A model generated the notes under the pieces. It made no database searches. It worked only from the letters and a program-made list of their open reading frames with translations, and had not been told where the DNA came from. A stretch of 64,000 nt of DNA, taken from the IMG/VR virus record IMGVR_UViG_3300046671_000011, positions 9,861-73,860 of that record; one strand, written 5' to 3'. A program made the translations under genes and the position numbers. Below, one piece after another: positions 10,245 through 17,487 of the stretch (within the stretch, counting starts at the first letter, position 1; the number at the start of each line of letters is the position of its first letter). Source of the DNA: a virus (taxonomy: Duplodnaviria; Caudoviricetes).

Positions 10245-10661
10245 CTACGGAGTAACCTTTGTGTATGCAATGAGAGTATCATCCACATCCACATAGTTAC
10301 CTGAGTAAGCGCCACTGATAATCTTGTAGAAGAAGTGGCCTCTATAGAGTACGCCTGTTTGGTCACACCAAAGGATTGTACCTTTATCTACAGTGGCTAC
10401 AATCACTGACGTATAATCTGCCGAGGTATAAATACGTGTCGGCTTGCTTGTCTGCCACTTAACTGTGGGTTCCGGCAGGCTTGGGAAATTAAGGTTAAGG
10501 GTAGCGAGTACAGTTGCACTTGCCTCACCTGCACCTGTAGGTGCTTGTCCCAAGTCTTGATAGAGATAGTAAGAAGCAGCAGTCCCGGCTTTGATCGCGG
10601 CGGCGGCGTTCACACTAGAGATTGTCGTACTTGTAGCTGGAGGAGCAGTTGGAGCGGTCAT
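10245..10661 (-). CDS. hypothetical protein with Thr/Ala/Pro-rich N-terminus
   Basis: 138-aa ORF ending at a hairpin before tRNA-Leu. Confidence 0.55.
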   Translation of the reverse strand: MTAPTAPPATSTTISSVNAAAAIKAGTAASYYLYQDLGQAPTGAGEASATVLATLNLNFPSLPEPTVKWQTSKPTRIYTSADYTSVIVATVDKGTILWCDQTGVLYRGHFFYKIISGAYSGNYVDVDDTLIAYTKVTP

Positions 10662-11125
10662 TATTTAGTATCCTTATTCTTATCTAAGTCTTCTATTCTA
10701 GCATAAGAAAAGTTTCCTGTATATATAGGTGGTCTCCATTCCTCAACATAGGGAAAACCCATGCTTTTTCGATTCTCATATTGTTCGAGTTTCTCTATAA
10801 AAGAATCTTTAGATAAAGTTAACTCTTCAGGCTCTTTTGCAGCCACAATCTGAGCAAGACAGATACTATATCCTATTAGGTCATCTACATTGTCTGTCGA
10901 GTGTGAATGCGCTTCTCGTATGAGTTTGACATAGCACATGCAAAGCGCGACCTGTTCGGGTGTCACCTTTATATTGAGAATACCTGACCAACCATCAGCT
11001 ATGCGTTGAAAGTTGCGTTCAGGAGCATCATAAGATTTTTGACGCTCTTTGATAATCTCAATAACTTTCTGAAATCTTTTCGACGGATCGAATGTACTCA
11101 TAACCAATAACGTCCTTTCTATCAA
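10661..11125 (-). CDS. DUF6378-like phage protein
   Basis: ERQKSYDAPERNFQRIADGW...VTPEQVALCM...K..R...DNVDDLIGY. Confidence 0.7.
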   Translation of the reverse strand: MIERTLLVMSTFDPSKRFQKVIEIIKERQKSYDAPERNFQRIADGWSGILNIKVTPEQVALCMCYVKLIREAHSHSTDNVDDLIGYSICLAQIVAAKEPEELTLSKDSFIEKLEQYENRKSMGFPYVEEWRPPIYTGNFSYARIEDLDKNKDTK

Positions 11126-11457
11126 CTAGCACTAGCCGTTTACCTACCGAGACTTTTAGGGAACCATCGCGGTAAAAACCTTCGACAGTACCACTCCCTG
11201 TCTGAGCAAAGAGAGAGGGATCATGCCAGATGATCCTACTCCCCTTCTGGATGTGTGTCTCGGAGATTGAATGGCTTTTCCCACTGGATAGTAGCGCCGT
11301 TATTGTCCCTAACAACTCCACGAGCATAATATAGCTCCCTGCATACCCCACATGAAAAAACGATACCATTATGATCGCTATTTACCATGTCAAGTTTATG
11401 ATCAAAATCGCATATAGCGATACTAAGTAAGTCGGGAAGATTATACGTCATTTTTTG

Positions 11458-11530
11458 TACCCTCGACAGGATTCGAACCTGCAACAATTATTTTAGAAGA
11501 ATAATACTCTATCCGTTGAGCTACGAGGGT
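11458..11530 (-). tRNA. tRNA-Arg(TCT)
   Basis: ACCCTCG/CGAGGGT acceptor; TTATT-CTTCTAA-AATAA; GCAGG-TTCGAAT-CCTGT. Confidence 0.9.
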
Positions 11531-11769
11531 ATGTCTAACTTACCTTGTAACCAATACCATAATCCCGCGCAGCCTTCAGGAGTTAAATAAACCCCATTAT
11601 CTACACTATCTCTTATCCAACCCATACGAAGGAATTTGCCAAGCACTTTGGGATCAATCCCAAAAGGCGAAGAAAAGGTATTACGAGCATCCTTAAATCC
11701 AAAGTGGATATTAAGAAGGTCTCGATAATCATTATCGCTAATAGTCTTCGTCGTCATCTTCGGCTGCAT
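11521..11769 (-). CDS. hypothetical protein
   Basis: small ORF in chain, 3' end abuts tRNA-Arg. Confidence 0.4.
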   Translation of the reverse strand: MQPKMTTKTISDNDYRDLLNIHFGFKDARNTFSSPFGIDPKVLGKFLRMGWIRDSVDNGVYLTPEGCAGLWYWLQGKLDIPS

Positions 11770-12058
11770 CTATAACTGCTACTGCAATCTTGCCCCAAGT
11801 GAACTTCATTTCGGGGTTGAGAGATTTCCAGGGAGGTAACATGGCCTTTTTGTCTTCGCAATATACATAGGCTTCATATGCTACCTGAGCAAGAGATCTC
11901 TTTTCCAGCAGATCTGTAGTCTCATAGCTATAGCCGTCTGGTAAAACCTGCTCTAAAAGGTGGTTGTTAAATATATTGTCTACGACTTTTTCAGCGCTCT
12001 TCTCATCTTCAGCGTTGACTTCCATCTTAACTTCGACAATTACCGTATAAGTATTCAT
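11738..12058 (-). CDS. hypothetical protein
   Basis: ORF with GGAG RBS. Confidence 0.55.
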   Translation of the reverse strand: MNTYTVIVEVKMEVNAEDEKSAEKVVDNIFNNHLLEQVLPDGYSYETTDLLEKRSLAQVAYEAYVYCEDKKAMLPPWKSLNPEMKFTWGKIAVAVIDAAEDDDEDY

Positions 12059-12477
12059 TCAATCCTACTCCCATAGGTTTTTAGCATCTTTATAATCTCG
12101 TCAGCAAGTTCTTGATCGCTAACCCGCTCGCTTTCGGGCAAATCTGAATAGTGTGACCACATCTGCCGCTTCCAACGTTCAACACTCTCGACAGGCATTG
12201 TCCAACTACCATCAGAATTAAATGTACCCTTACTGAACATCCAGGTCATCCAGCGTGACCAGATGTCATGCTGAAGATTAGATAGTCTCTCTCGTATGCT
12301 TATTGTATTTTCAGTGAATCCTAGCCCAAACTCGGTTGCGGCATCTTCGCGTTCAATTAGATGACTTTTAAGTAGAGACATAACTTCGTTATCGTTGTGA
12401 GATGCGAATTCCCATGCGTCTTCACTATTCTTATATTGCTTAGCATACTCGGAACCGATTACTCTAAAGCTTCTCAT
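12055..12477 (-). CDS. hypothetical phage protein
   Basis: ORF coupled to neighbours. Confidence 0.55.
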   Translation of the reverse strand: MRSFRVIGSEYAKQYKNSEDAWEFASHNDNEVMSLLKSHLIEREDAATEFGLGFTENTISIRERLSNLQHDIWSRWMTWMFSKGTFNSDGSWTMPVESVERWKRQMWSHYSDLPESERVSDQELADEIIKMLKTYGSRIE

Positions 12478-13216
12478 ATTTTCCCTCTATTAGCAAATTC
12501 TCTGCACACCAAGCGATAATTCCATCACTTGTTTGAATCTTTACCCACTGATACCAGATAAGACCAAGAGGTTCAAGTATTCGATCATTATCAAGCACCG
12601 TGCAGTTTTCGAAAGGATTCATTTGTCCTATTCTCTTGCCCGCAGGACTTTCACGAAGATTGACGACTCCAACTGTATGAGCATCTCCTATAGAAAGATT
12701 ATCTCTAAAGCAGATACCCGTAAAAGGTGCTGGTGAAAGGGCTAATCCGGCTTTGTACTCTTGTATAGGTATATGGAAGTTATCACCCTTATTGAGATTA
12801 GATCCCCAAAAGTCAGGATCCTTCACGATTATATACTCATTAGGTTCATAACCAACCACAAGTACAAAGTGTCCGCTTTTATCTGAGAGATTTTGGCGCT
12901 TAGAGATAGACCCATAATGTATAAGTGCAATCACTGGTCTCTCATGGTCGATCTCAGAGATAGTCTTCTCTAATAAAAGCGCCTTATCTACATAAGATCG
13001 AATACCATATCGAGAGAGTAAAGCTACGAGTTCATAGTTGGTTAATCCCTGATCGTTAGTTGCCAATCGGGTTTGGCGTGAAAGGCTATCAGTGGTGCTG
13101 ACTTGTATACCTTTACCTGCTAAATACATACGAACACAAGCAGGCCCGCAGTCATTCCGATATCTCTTGGCATCAGGAATCTCTTGAGAAAAATAAGGAT
13201 AGTTAAGTAGTAGCAT
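12464..13216 (-). CDS. C39-like cysteine peptidase with C-terminal SH3b (putative cell-wall hydrolase/lysin)
   Basis: YFSQ...NDCGPAC, RPVIAL, GHFVLVVGY, VKDP; C-terminal VNLRESP...WVKI...GWC SH3 pattern. Confidence 0.75.
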   Translation of the reverse strand: MLLLNYPYFSQEIPDAKRYRNDCGPACVRMYLAGKGIQVSTTDSLSRQTRLATNDQGLTNYELVALLSRYGIRSYVDKALLLEKTISEIDHERPVIALIHYGSISKRQNLSDKSGHFVLVVGYEPNEYIIVKDPDFWGSNLNKGDNFHIPIQEYKAGLALSPAPFTGICFRDNLSIGDAHTVGVVNLRESPAGKRIGQMNPFENCTVLDNDRILEPLGLIWYQWVKIQTSDGIIAWCAENLLIEGKYEKL

Positions 13217-13263
13217 CTGATCCTTTCTGGATAAACGGTATTTAACGTGTAACCGTTACCACG

Positions 13264-13389
13264 TTCGACAAGACTCCCTTTTCAGAGTCAGGACAACTTT
13301 CTACTACTCGTCGGTAGTCCGCCAGCGCGATTTTCCCTTGTTCGTTACGTCTAACATTAGGCTCCTGATGCACCTAACCAAATGTCGAA
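13264..13389 (-). ncRNA. candidate structured RNA between tRNA-Ser and peptidase gene
   Basis: closing stem TTCGACA/TGTCGAA enclosing TTAGG/CCTAA, CTAC/GTAG and GACTC/GAGTC hairpins; ORF-free. Confidence 0.4.
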
Positions 13390-13390
13390 G

Positions 13391-13477
13391 CGGAGAGTGT
13401 AGGAATTGAACCTACTCAGGCTTTTACCCCTGGCTACTCGTTAGCAGTGAGACCCCTTACCAATCGGGCAACTCTCC
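13391..13477 (-). tRNA. tRNA-Ser(GCT)
   Basis: GGAGAGT acceptor, anticodon loop CTGCTAA, long variable arm, T arm. Confidence 0.9.
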
Positions 13478-13481
13478 ATAA

Positions 13482-13568
13482 AGGATGGCGAGGGGATCGA
13501 ACCCCCGTGCGCTTTTAATCGCATCGGTAGTTTTCAAGACTACAACCTTACCGCTCGGTCAGCCATCC
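13482..13568 (-). tRNA. tRNA-Ser(TGA)
   Basis: GGATGGC/GCCATCC acceptor, GTAGT-CTTGAAA-ACTAC, long variable arm. Confidence 0.9.
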
Positions 13569-13866
13569 ATGTAATATAAGTCATTAACATCGCGCTTATT
13601 AACCAACTAACCCCAATATAAGTAAATAAAGGGGCATCTTCATTCTCGACAGCAGCTATGATAAAGCTAATAGCGATATACCATAGTATCAGTGTTAGTG
13701 ATAAACGCACTATCTTACTTGATAATTTGAGGAGCAAGCCGCAATACCATCTCGAAAGTGAATAATGTAAGCAGCATACATGCACCTGTAGGCCACTTTA
13801 CCTGATTGAAAAAGCGCCATACACCACCTGCAAGGGCAGCAGCAACAAAGATAATTACTATTGTGA

Positions 13867-14139
13867 TCATTTTTTCTTATCCTCTAGTATCTCTTTAACT
13901 TCTACTTGGTTCTGAATGAATGTTAGGGACTGTCGAGGGTAAAGCAATTGTATCCACCATGCATCTTTAGCCCGATCCTGTCGTCCTACCCACCCGCGCC
14001 CCTCGTTAGACGTAAAACTCCATATAGGAATATCACGCTTAAAAAGGAGATTAAACTCTACCTGTGTAAATCCTCGATCAGTAAGTAATTTCTCGCACAA
14101 AGACCGATTTTCGAGTTCCCTCTGATTGTTCACGTCCAA
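13867..14139 (-). CDS. hypothetical protein
   Basis: ORF in chain. Confidence 0.5.
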   Translation of the reverse strand: MDVNNQRELENRSLCEKLLTDRGFTQVEFNLLFKRDIPIWSFTSNEGRGWVGRQDRAKDAWWIQLLYPRQSLTFIQNQVEVKEILEDKKK

Positions 14140-14428
14140 CCTTCCATAATTCTATCATATTCTCAAGTTCCTTGAGCGCGGACTTGAAGTTTCCAGTTAA
14201 GAATACAAAGGTATATTCTTCATCTACTATATACCGAAAGACAATCTGTTGTAGCTTATTGGCAATATCGTCAGGGTTATGCCGCTCTCCTACAGTGACT
14301 TCAAACTCTCGACAGATCCCTGGAGAAGTTAATGTTACCCAATAGACTGCCCGTTCAGTAAACCTTACATACTCTGGTAAAGAGGATAAGATACCCTTAT
14401 AGACTGGAAACCCATCATTATCAAGCAT
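14078..14428 (-). CDS. hypothetical protein
   Basis: GAGGT RBS; preceded by a 14-bp palindrome copy and a strong hairpin. Confidence 0.55.
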   Translation of the reverse strand: MLDNDGFPVYKGILSSLPEYVRFTERAVYWVTLTSPGICREFEVTVGERHNPDDIANKLQQIVFRYIVDEEYTFVFLTGNFKSALKELENMIELWKVGREQSEGTRKSVFVREITY

Positions 14429-14534
14429 AGAACCTCATATTTCGATTGATCGAAAGTGGCCTCGGCGTTTGCCAAAAGGCCACGATCTTAGGAGGATGTC
14501 GTCACGTATACTGCCCGTCTACAGGATACGCTAG

Positions 14535-14607
14535 TAGGAAGAGAAGGAGTCGAACCCTCATAGTAGCTTTATAAGAACTACGTCCTAGACCGTTGAACGA
14601 TCTTCCC
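14535..14607 (-). tRNA. tRNA-Ile(TAT)
   Basis: GGGAAGA/TCTTCCT, A73; TAGTT-CTTATAA-AGCTA; GAGGG-TTCGACT-CCTTC. Confidence 0.8.
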
Positions 14608-14772
14608 ATGCGGGGAGGTTAAGCGCGCATACTCCCCTTGACCTTCTGTAGCTTAGTTCCATCACCTAACACCATAAGGGGGAACTTCTTACATGAGACT
14701 CAGTTATTTGGTGATTACTGAGGAGATCATGTCCGGTATATCTAGGGTTTTGACCGGAACTCCACTACATAG

Positions 14773-14843
14773 AGCGGATACTCAGACTCGAACTGAGATC
14801 AATAGTTTGGAAGACTATAGCTCTACCGTTGAGCTATACCCGC
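14773..14843 (-). tRNA. tRNA-Gly(TCC)
   Basis: GCGGGTA/TATCCGC, U73; ATAGT-CTTCCAA-ACTAT. Confidence 0.92.
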
Positions 14844-15158
14844 TTACTTTCCGTAATGTTCTTGCAGCATCTTATTACCAAGAGGTGTTATCTCAAACCA
14901 TTGATGAGGCTCATTATGTTGATCGGTATTGAGACTCAAAAACCAGCCAGCTTTTCGGGCTAATTCTTTTATTGCCGCCATCTCATTAGGTGTCGGATAG
15001 TTTTGAAGAGGTACTCGGATACGATTGATGTCATCTGCTTTTCTAATCGCTTGATTGATTAGTCTCTTGTACTCAGACAGGTCAACGTTTCTTAGGATTT
15101 TAGCCGCCTCTTCAGCGCTAATCAGATTTTCGTTTGGTTCCATCTGCTCAAGTGTCAT
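14844..15158 (-). CDS. hypothetical protein
   Basis: start moved to MTLEQMEP (RBS GAGGGAG); the listed 5' extension overlaps a Y-like RNA. Confidence 0.55.
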   Translation of the reverse strand: MTLEQMEPNENLISAEEAAKILRNVDLSEYKRLINQAIRKADDINRIRVPLQNYPTPNEMAAIKELARKAGWFLSLNTDQHNEPHQWFEITPLGNKMLQEHYGK

Positions 15159-15185
15159 CGGTTTCTTCTCCCTCGATATATAAAC

Positions 15186-15315
15186 AAGACGAACAAAAGG
15201 TAGAATTACGGGTTTTAATGCTTCCACTACACCAAAAGACACCGAGATGCCCCTGTGGGATTCGAACCCACGCCTAATCAGATAATTGATAACGTAATTC
15301 AAAACGGCTCGTCTT
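15186..15315 (-). ncRNA. YrlA-like Y RNA (circularly permuted tRNA-like domain)
   Basis: AAGACGAGC/GTTCGTCTT and GAATTACG/CGTAATTC stems enclose T arm GTGGG-TTCGAAT-CCCAC, then closed acceptor hairpin AGGGGCAT-CTCG-GTGTCTTT, then D arm TGGTG-TAGTGGAAG-CAT. Confidence 0.75.
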
Positions 15316-15317
15316 AG

Positions 15318-15389
15318 CTGCCAAAGTAGGACTCGAACCTACAACCCATCGGTTAACAGCCGATTGCTCTGCCATTGAGCTATTTAGCA
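15318..15389 (-). tRNA. tRNA-Asn(GTT)
   Basis: TGCTAAA/TTTGGCA, G73; ATCGG-CTGTTAA-CCGAT. Confidence 0.92.
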
Positions 15390-15392
15390 TTA

Positions 15393-15420
15393 AAAGGGGG
15401 AGGCGGTGAGATCCCCCTTT
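15393..15420. terminator. bidirectional terminator-like hairpin
   Basis: AAAGGGGGA-loop-TCCCCCTTT. Confidence 0.55.
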
Positions 15421-15565
15421 AAGTATTTATAAAACTTTTGGTGCTATCACCGTTAGCGCACCCTTAAAACTACACCTCGGTAGAAAGATAGGTGCTCTAT
15501 CTTTTTTGTTCAATGCTAGGTGTCATTCGCCTCAAGTTAGTACAAGACTTTGAACACTTCGCATG

Positions 15566-15638
15566 TCCTTCCTGATGGACTCGAACCACCAACAGCCAAG
15601 TTTACAGCCTGACGTTCTTCCAATTGAACTAAGGAAGG
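15566..15638 (-). tRNA. tRNA-Tyr(GTA), C1-G72 and no long variable arm
   Basis: CCTTCCT/AGGAAGG, A73; TCAGG-CTGTAAA-CTTGG; 5-nt variable loop. Confidence 0.85.
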
Positions 15639-15642
15639 AAAA

Positions 15643-15715
15643 TGGCGATGAAGGGATTCGAACCCATGACCTCCAGGCCAATTGACCCGGCGCTCTACCA
15701 CTGAGCTACATCCCC
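15643..15715 (-). ncRNA. tRNA-Ala-like RNA with aberrant self-complementary anticodon arm
   Basis: GGGGATGTAGCTCAGTGGTAGAGC 5' half and GGTTCGAATCC T loop, but 18-nt arm CCGGGTCAATTGGCCTGG and G3:G70 mismatch. Confidence 0.65.
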
Positions 15716-15925
15716 ATATATCGGACAAGTGTTGAAAAAGATATTGGCAGGTTTCCCTGCTCCACTTCATTTGGTAAATAGATAACCTTTTTCTGTCGGC
15801 CCGATCTTTCTTAAGTGTCTGGATAAAAGGCGTCTAGAGGTAAGTGGAATTTCGATTTCGCTCTCCAGGGAGAGTTACTTCTAAAATTTTTGGCTGATAA
15901 CTCTAAACAACGACCCAAACTTTGT

Positions 15926-16009
15926 AAAAAAACTGCTATTCATCGTCTTTGTGGATAGAACGACTCAGCGCGCGCACATGACTCGCGTTAGACTATTGTC
16001 GAATAGCAG
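15926..16009 (-). ncRNA. candidate Y-like small RNA
   Basis: 9-bp terminal stem CTGCTATTC/GAATAGCAG followed by T7, internal hairpins. Confidence 0.4.
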
Positions 16010-16021
16010 ATTTATGGATGA

Positions 16022-16119
16022 AAGTCGCTAAAGAATATTGCTCGTCCAGTTGAGTTTACTCTCTTGTAGTGGAGAGCATAGGATTCGAACCTATAACAGA
16101 TAACCTTTAACTACGACCC
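16022..16119 (-). ncRNA. YrlA-like Y RNA
   Basis: GGGTCG-(TAG)-TTAAAG / CTTTAG-CGACTT stem; T arm ATAGG-TTCGAAT-CCTAT; acceptor hairpin GCTCTC-CACTACAA-GAGAGT; D arm ACTC-AACTGGAC-GAGC. Confidence 0.8.
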
Positions 16120-16166
16120 ACATATAAAAGCCTGCGTTAGCAGGCATACATCACTGTTCGAATGTT

Positions 16167-16234
16167 AAAAACCGGATAAGGATTGCGGAGGGATATTGGT
16201 TTACTGATAGTAGATAACCCTCAACTTCGACCCG
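16167..16234 (-). ncRNA. candidate short Y RNA (YrlB-like)
   Basis: begins near predicted +1 with CGGGTCGAAG (GNCGAAG Ro-binding-type motif); CGGGT/ATCCG and GAGGG/CCCTC stems; 3' T5. Confidence 0.55.
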
Positions 16235-16243
16235 ATGTGTAAC

Positions 16244-16272
16244 AGTATAACACTCTGTTCTTTTTTAGTCAA
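16244..16272 (-). promoter_or_regulatory. sigma70-type promoter for the Y-RNA/tRNA cluster
   Basis: TTGACT-17 bp-TATACT with TG extension; +1 at about 16236. Confidence 0.8.
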
Positions 16273-16274
16273 GT

Positions 16275-17075
16275 CTATAGACCGTCATTGTCCGTGACTA
16301 AGCCTTTATAGAAGCTAAGATTAGCCAGGACGTTGCCGGGATCACCTCGATCATAAAGCTCGTCTTGCCAAGCTCCATATACTGCCGTGATATAAGGCTC
16401 TACAAGTCTGAGCATTGCTAGACTTGGTAGCCTGATTTCTTCCTGAGCATCGTCGGCACAGCGTAAGGTTGCATACTTGAGAAAGTTATGAAGATCGCAG
16501 TTGACTACTATCGTCATATACTGGATGCTGTAGGGAAGAAAGAAGCGGGCCATTTCCCGACTAATTCCTCTCTCGATAGCATGTTGATAGTTTAACCTAC
16601 CTACTTTAATCGTCTGTTCGAGTGTCTGTGAGAAGTAATTGCCAATCTCAGGTTCAAGATTTTCTCCACTCATCTGCTTATTTATCTTATGCTGAGTCCG
16701 CCAGGTCTGCGGTTGATAGAACTCGTCCTTTAACTGATGGTATCTACCACTCTCACTGTTAAACCTGAAAGTCCTGTGCCTGAGCAATTGGATGATAGCT
16801 ACTACAGGTAGTCTCATCTCGAAGGTCAAGGAGACCTGTTCGAAGGGGGAAGTATGTTTATCTTTCCATAAACGCTCGATCAGTTTCCGGTCAGACTCTT
16901 CTCCTTTAGAGATTCGATTGATCGAAGTTCTAGCAGCCATCGCTATCCATTCATCTGGTGAAGGAGCATCAGGGCGTAGAGGATCGGGCATCATCATCGC
17001 TAAGGCTACATACCCGATATCGTCACCATATACTTTGCGGTCAATATCAAGATAAGGCATTTTTGTCCTCGTCAC
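16275..17075 (-). CDS. thyX: FAD-dependent thymidylate synthase
   Basis: HTSPFEQ, QLLRHRTFRFNSESGRY, REMARFFLP, NFLKYATLR...AQEEIR. Confidence 0.93.
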   Translation of the reverse strand: MTRTKMPYLDIDRKVYGDDIGYVALAMMMPDPLRPDAPSPDEWIAMAARTSINRISKGEESDRKLIERLWKDKHTSPFEQVSLTFEMRLPVVAIIQLLRHRTFRFNSESGRYHQLKDEFYQPQTWRTQHKINKQMSGENLEPEIGNYFSQTLEQTIKVGRLNYQHAIERGISREMARFFLPYSIQYMTIVVNCDLHNFLKYATLRCADDAQEEIRLPSLAMLRLVEPYITAVYGAWQDELYDRGDPGNVLANLSFYKGLVTDNDGL

Positions 17076-17487
17076 TGTAAATAATCAGACTAAAGTTTTT
17101 ATAGCCACGTTTGATAAGTTCTTTGTCTATAGTCTCACGGGCTATCTTGGAGATTTCCTGTCTTTGCTGTCGAGTGGTTGGGATAGGTGCTTTCACATAC
17201 TTATTCTGCCGTTTTCCATAGGTCATCTGTACAAGACCGTCTACTCTTGTGATATTCCCTATATAAGCTATATAGTAGACTATCTCGATAGGCTTATCTA
17301 AGTCTTCCATTTCCCAAGTCTCAGTTTTAGGGCGTCCTCTGGAGGCGATAAGAGCCGCGATATCAGATGATCCCCGGCTCTCAAATCTCGCTACTTTGCA
17401 GATAATCTCCGTTGGTGGTTGCATAGGACGGCCCCACTTAAAGCTAGTCTCAAATTCTACGACTAGCCGTACATGGCCTTCTCGCAT
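17047..17487 (-). CDS. hypothetical protein
   Basis: ORF between dcd and thyX. Confidence 0.55.
   Translation of the reverse strand: MREGHVRLVVEFETSFKWGRPMQPPTEIICKVARFESRGSSDIAALIASRGRPKTETWEMEDLDKPIEIVYYIAYIGNITRVDGLVQMTYGKRQNKYVKAPIPTTRQQRQEISKIARETIDKELIKRGYKNFSLIIYSDEDKNALS

Noticed and set aside
14456-14483. c-di-GMP-I riboswitch (GGCAAAC in a hairpin)
   Set aside because: Only a single hairpin; the GAAA tetraloop/receptor and the second GCAAAG stem are missing.
15500-15560. Fifth Y RNA (GGCGAATG inside a TGTTCAA/TTGAACA stem)
   Set aside because: The motif lies in the loop rather than the 5' stem strand; the structure is too weak to call.
15537-15770. Listed 77-aa ORF, and similar ORFs 10136-10366, 11236-11487, 14693-14932
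   Set aside because: They read through tRNA or ncRNA genes and have no RBS or protein-like composition.
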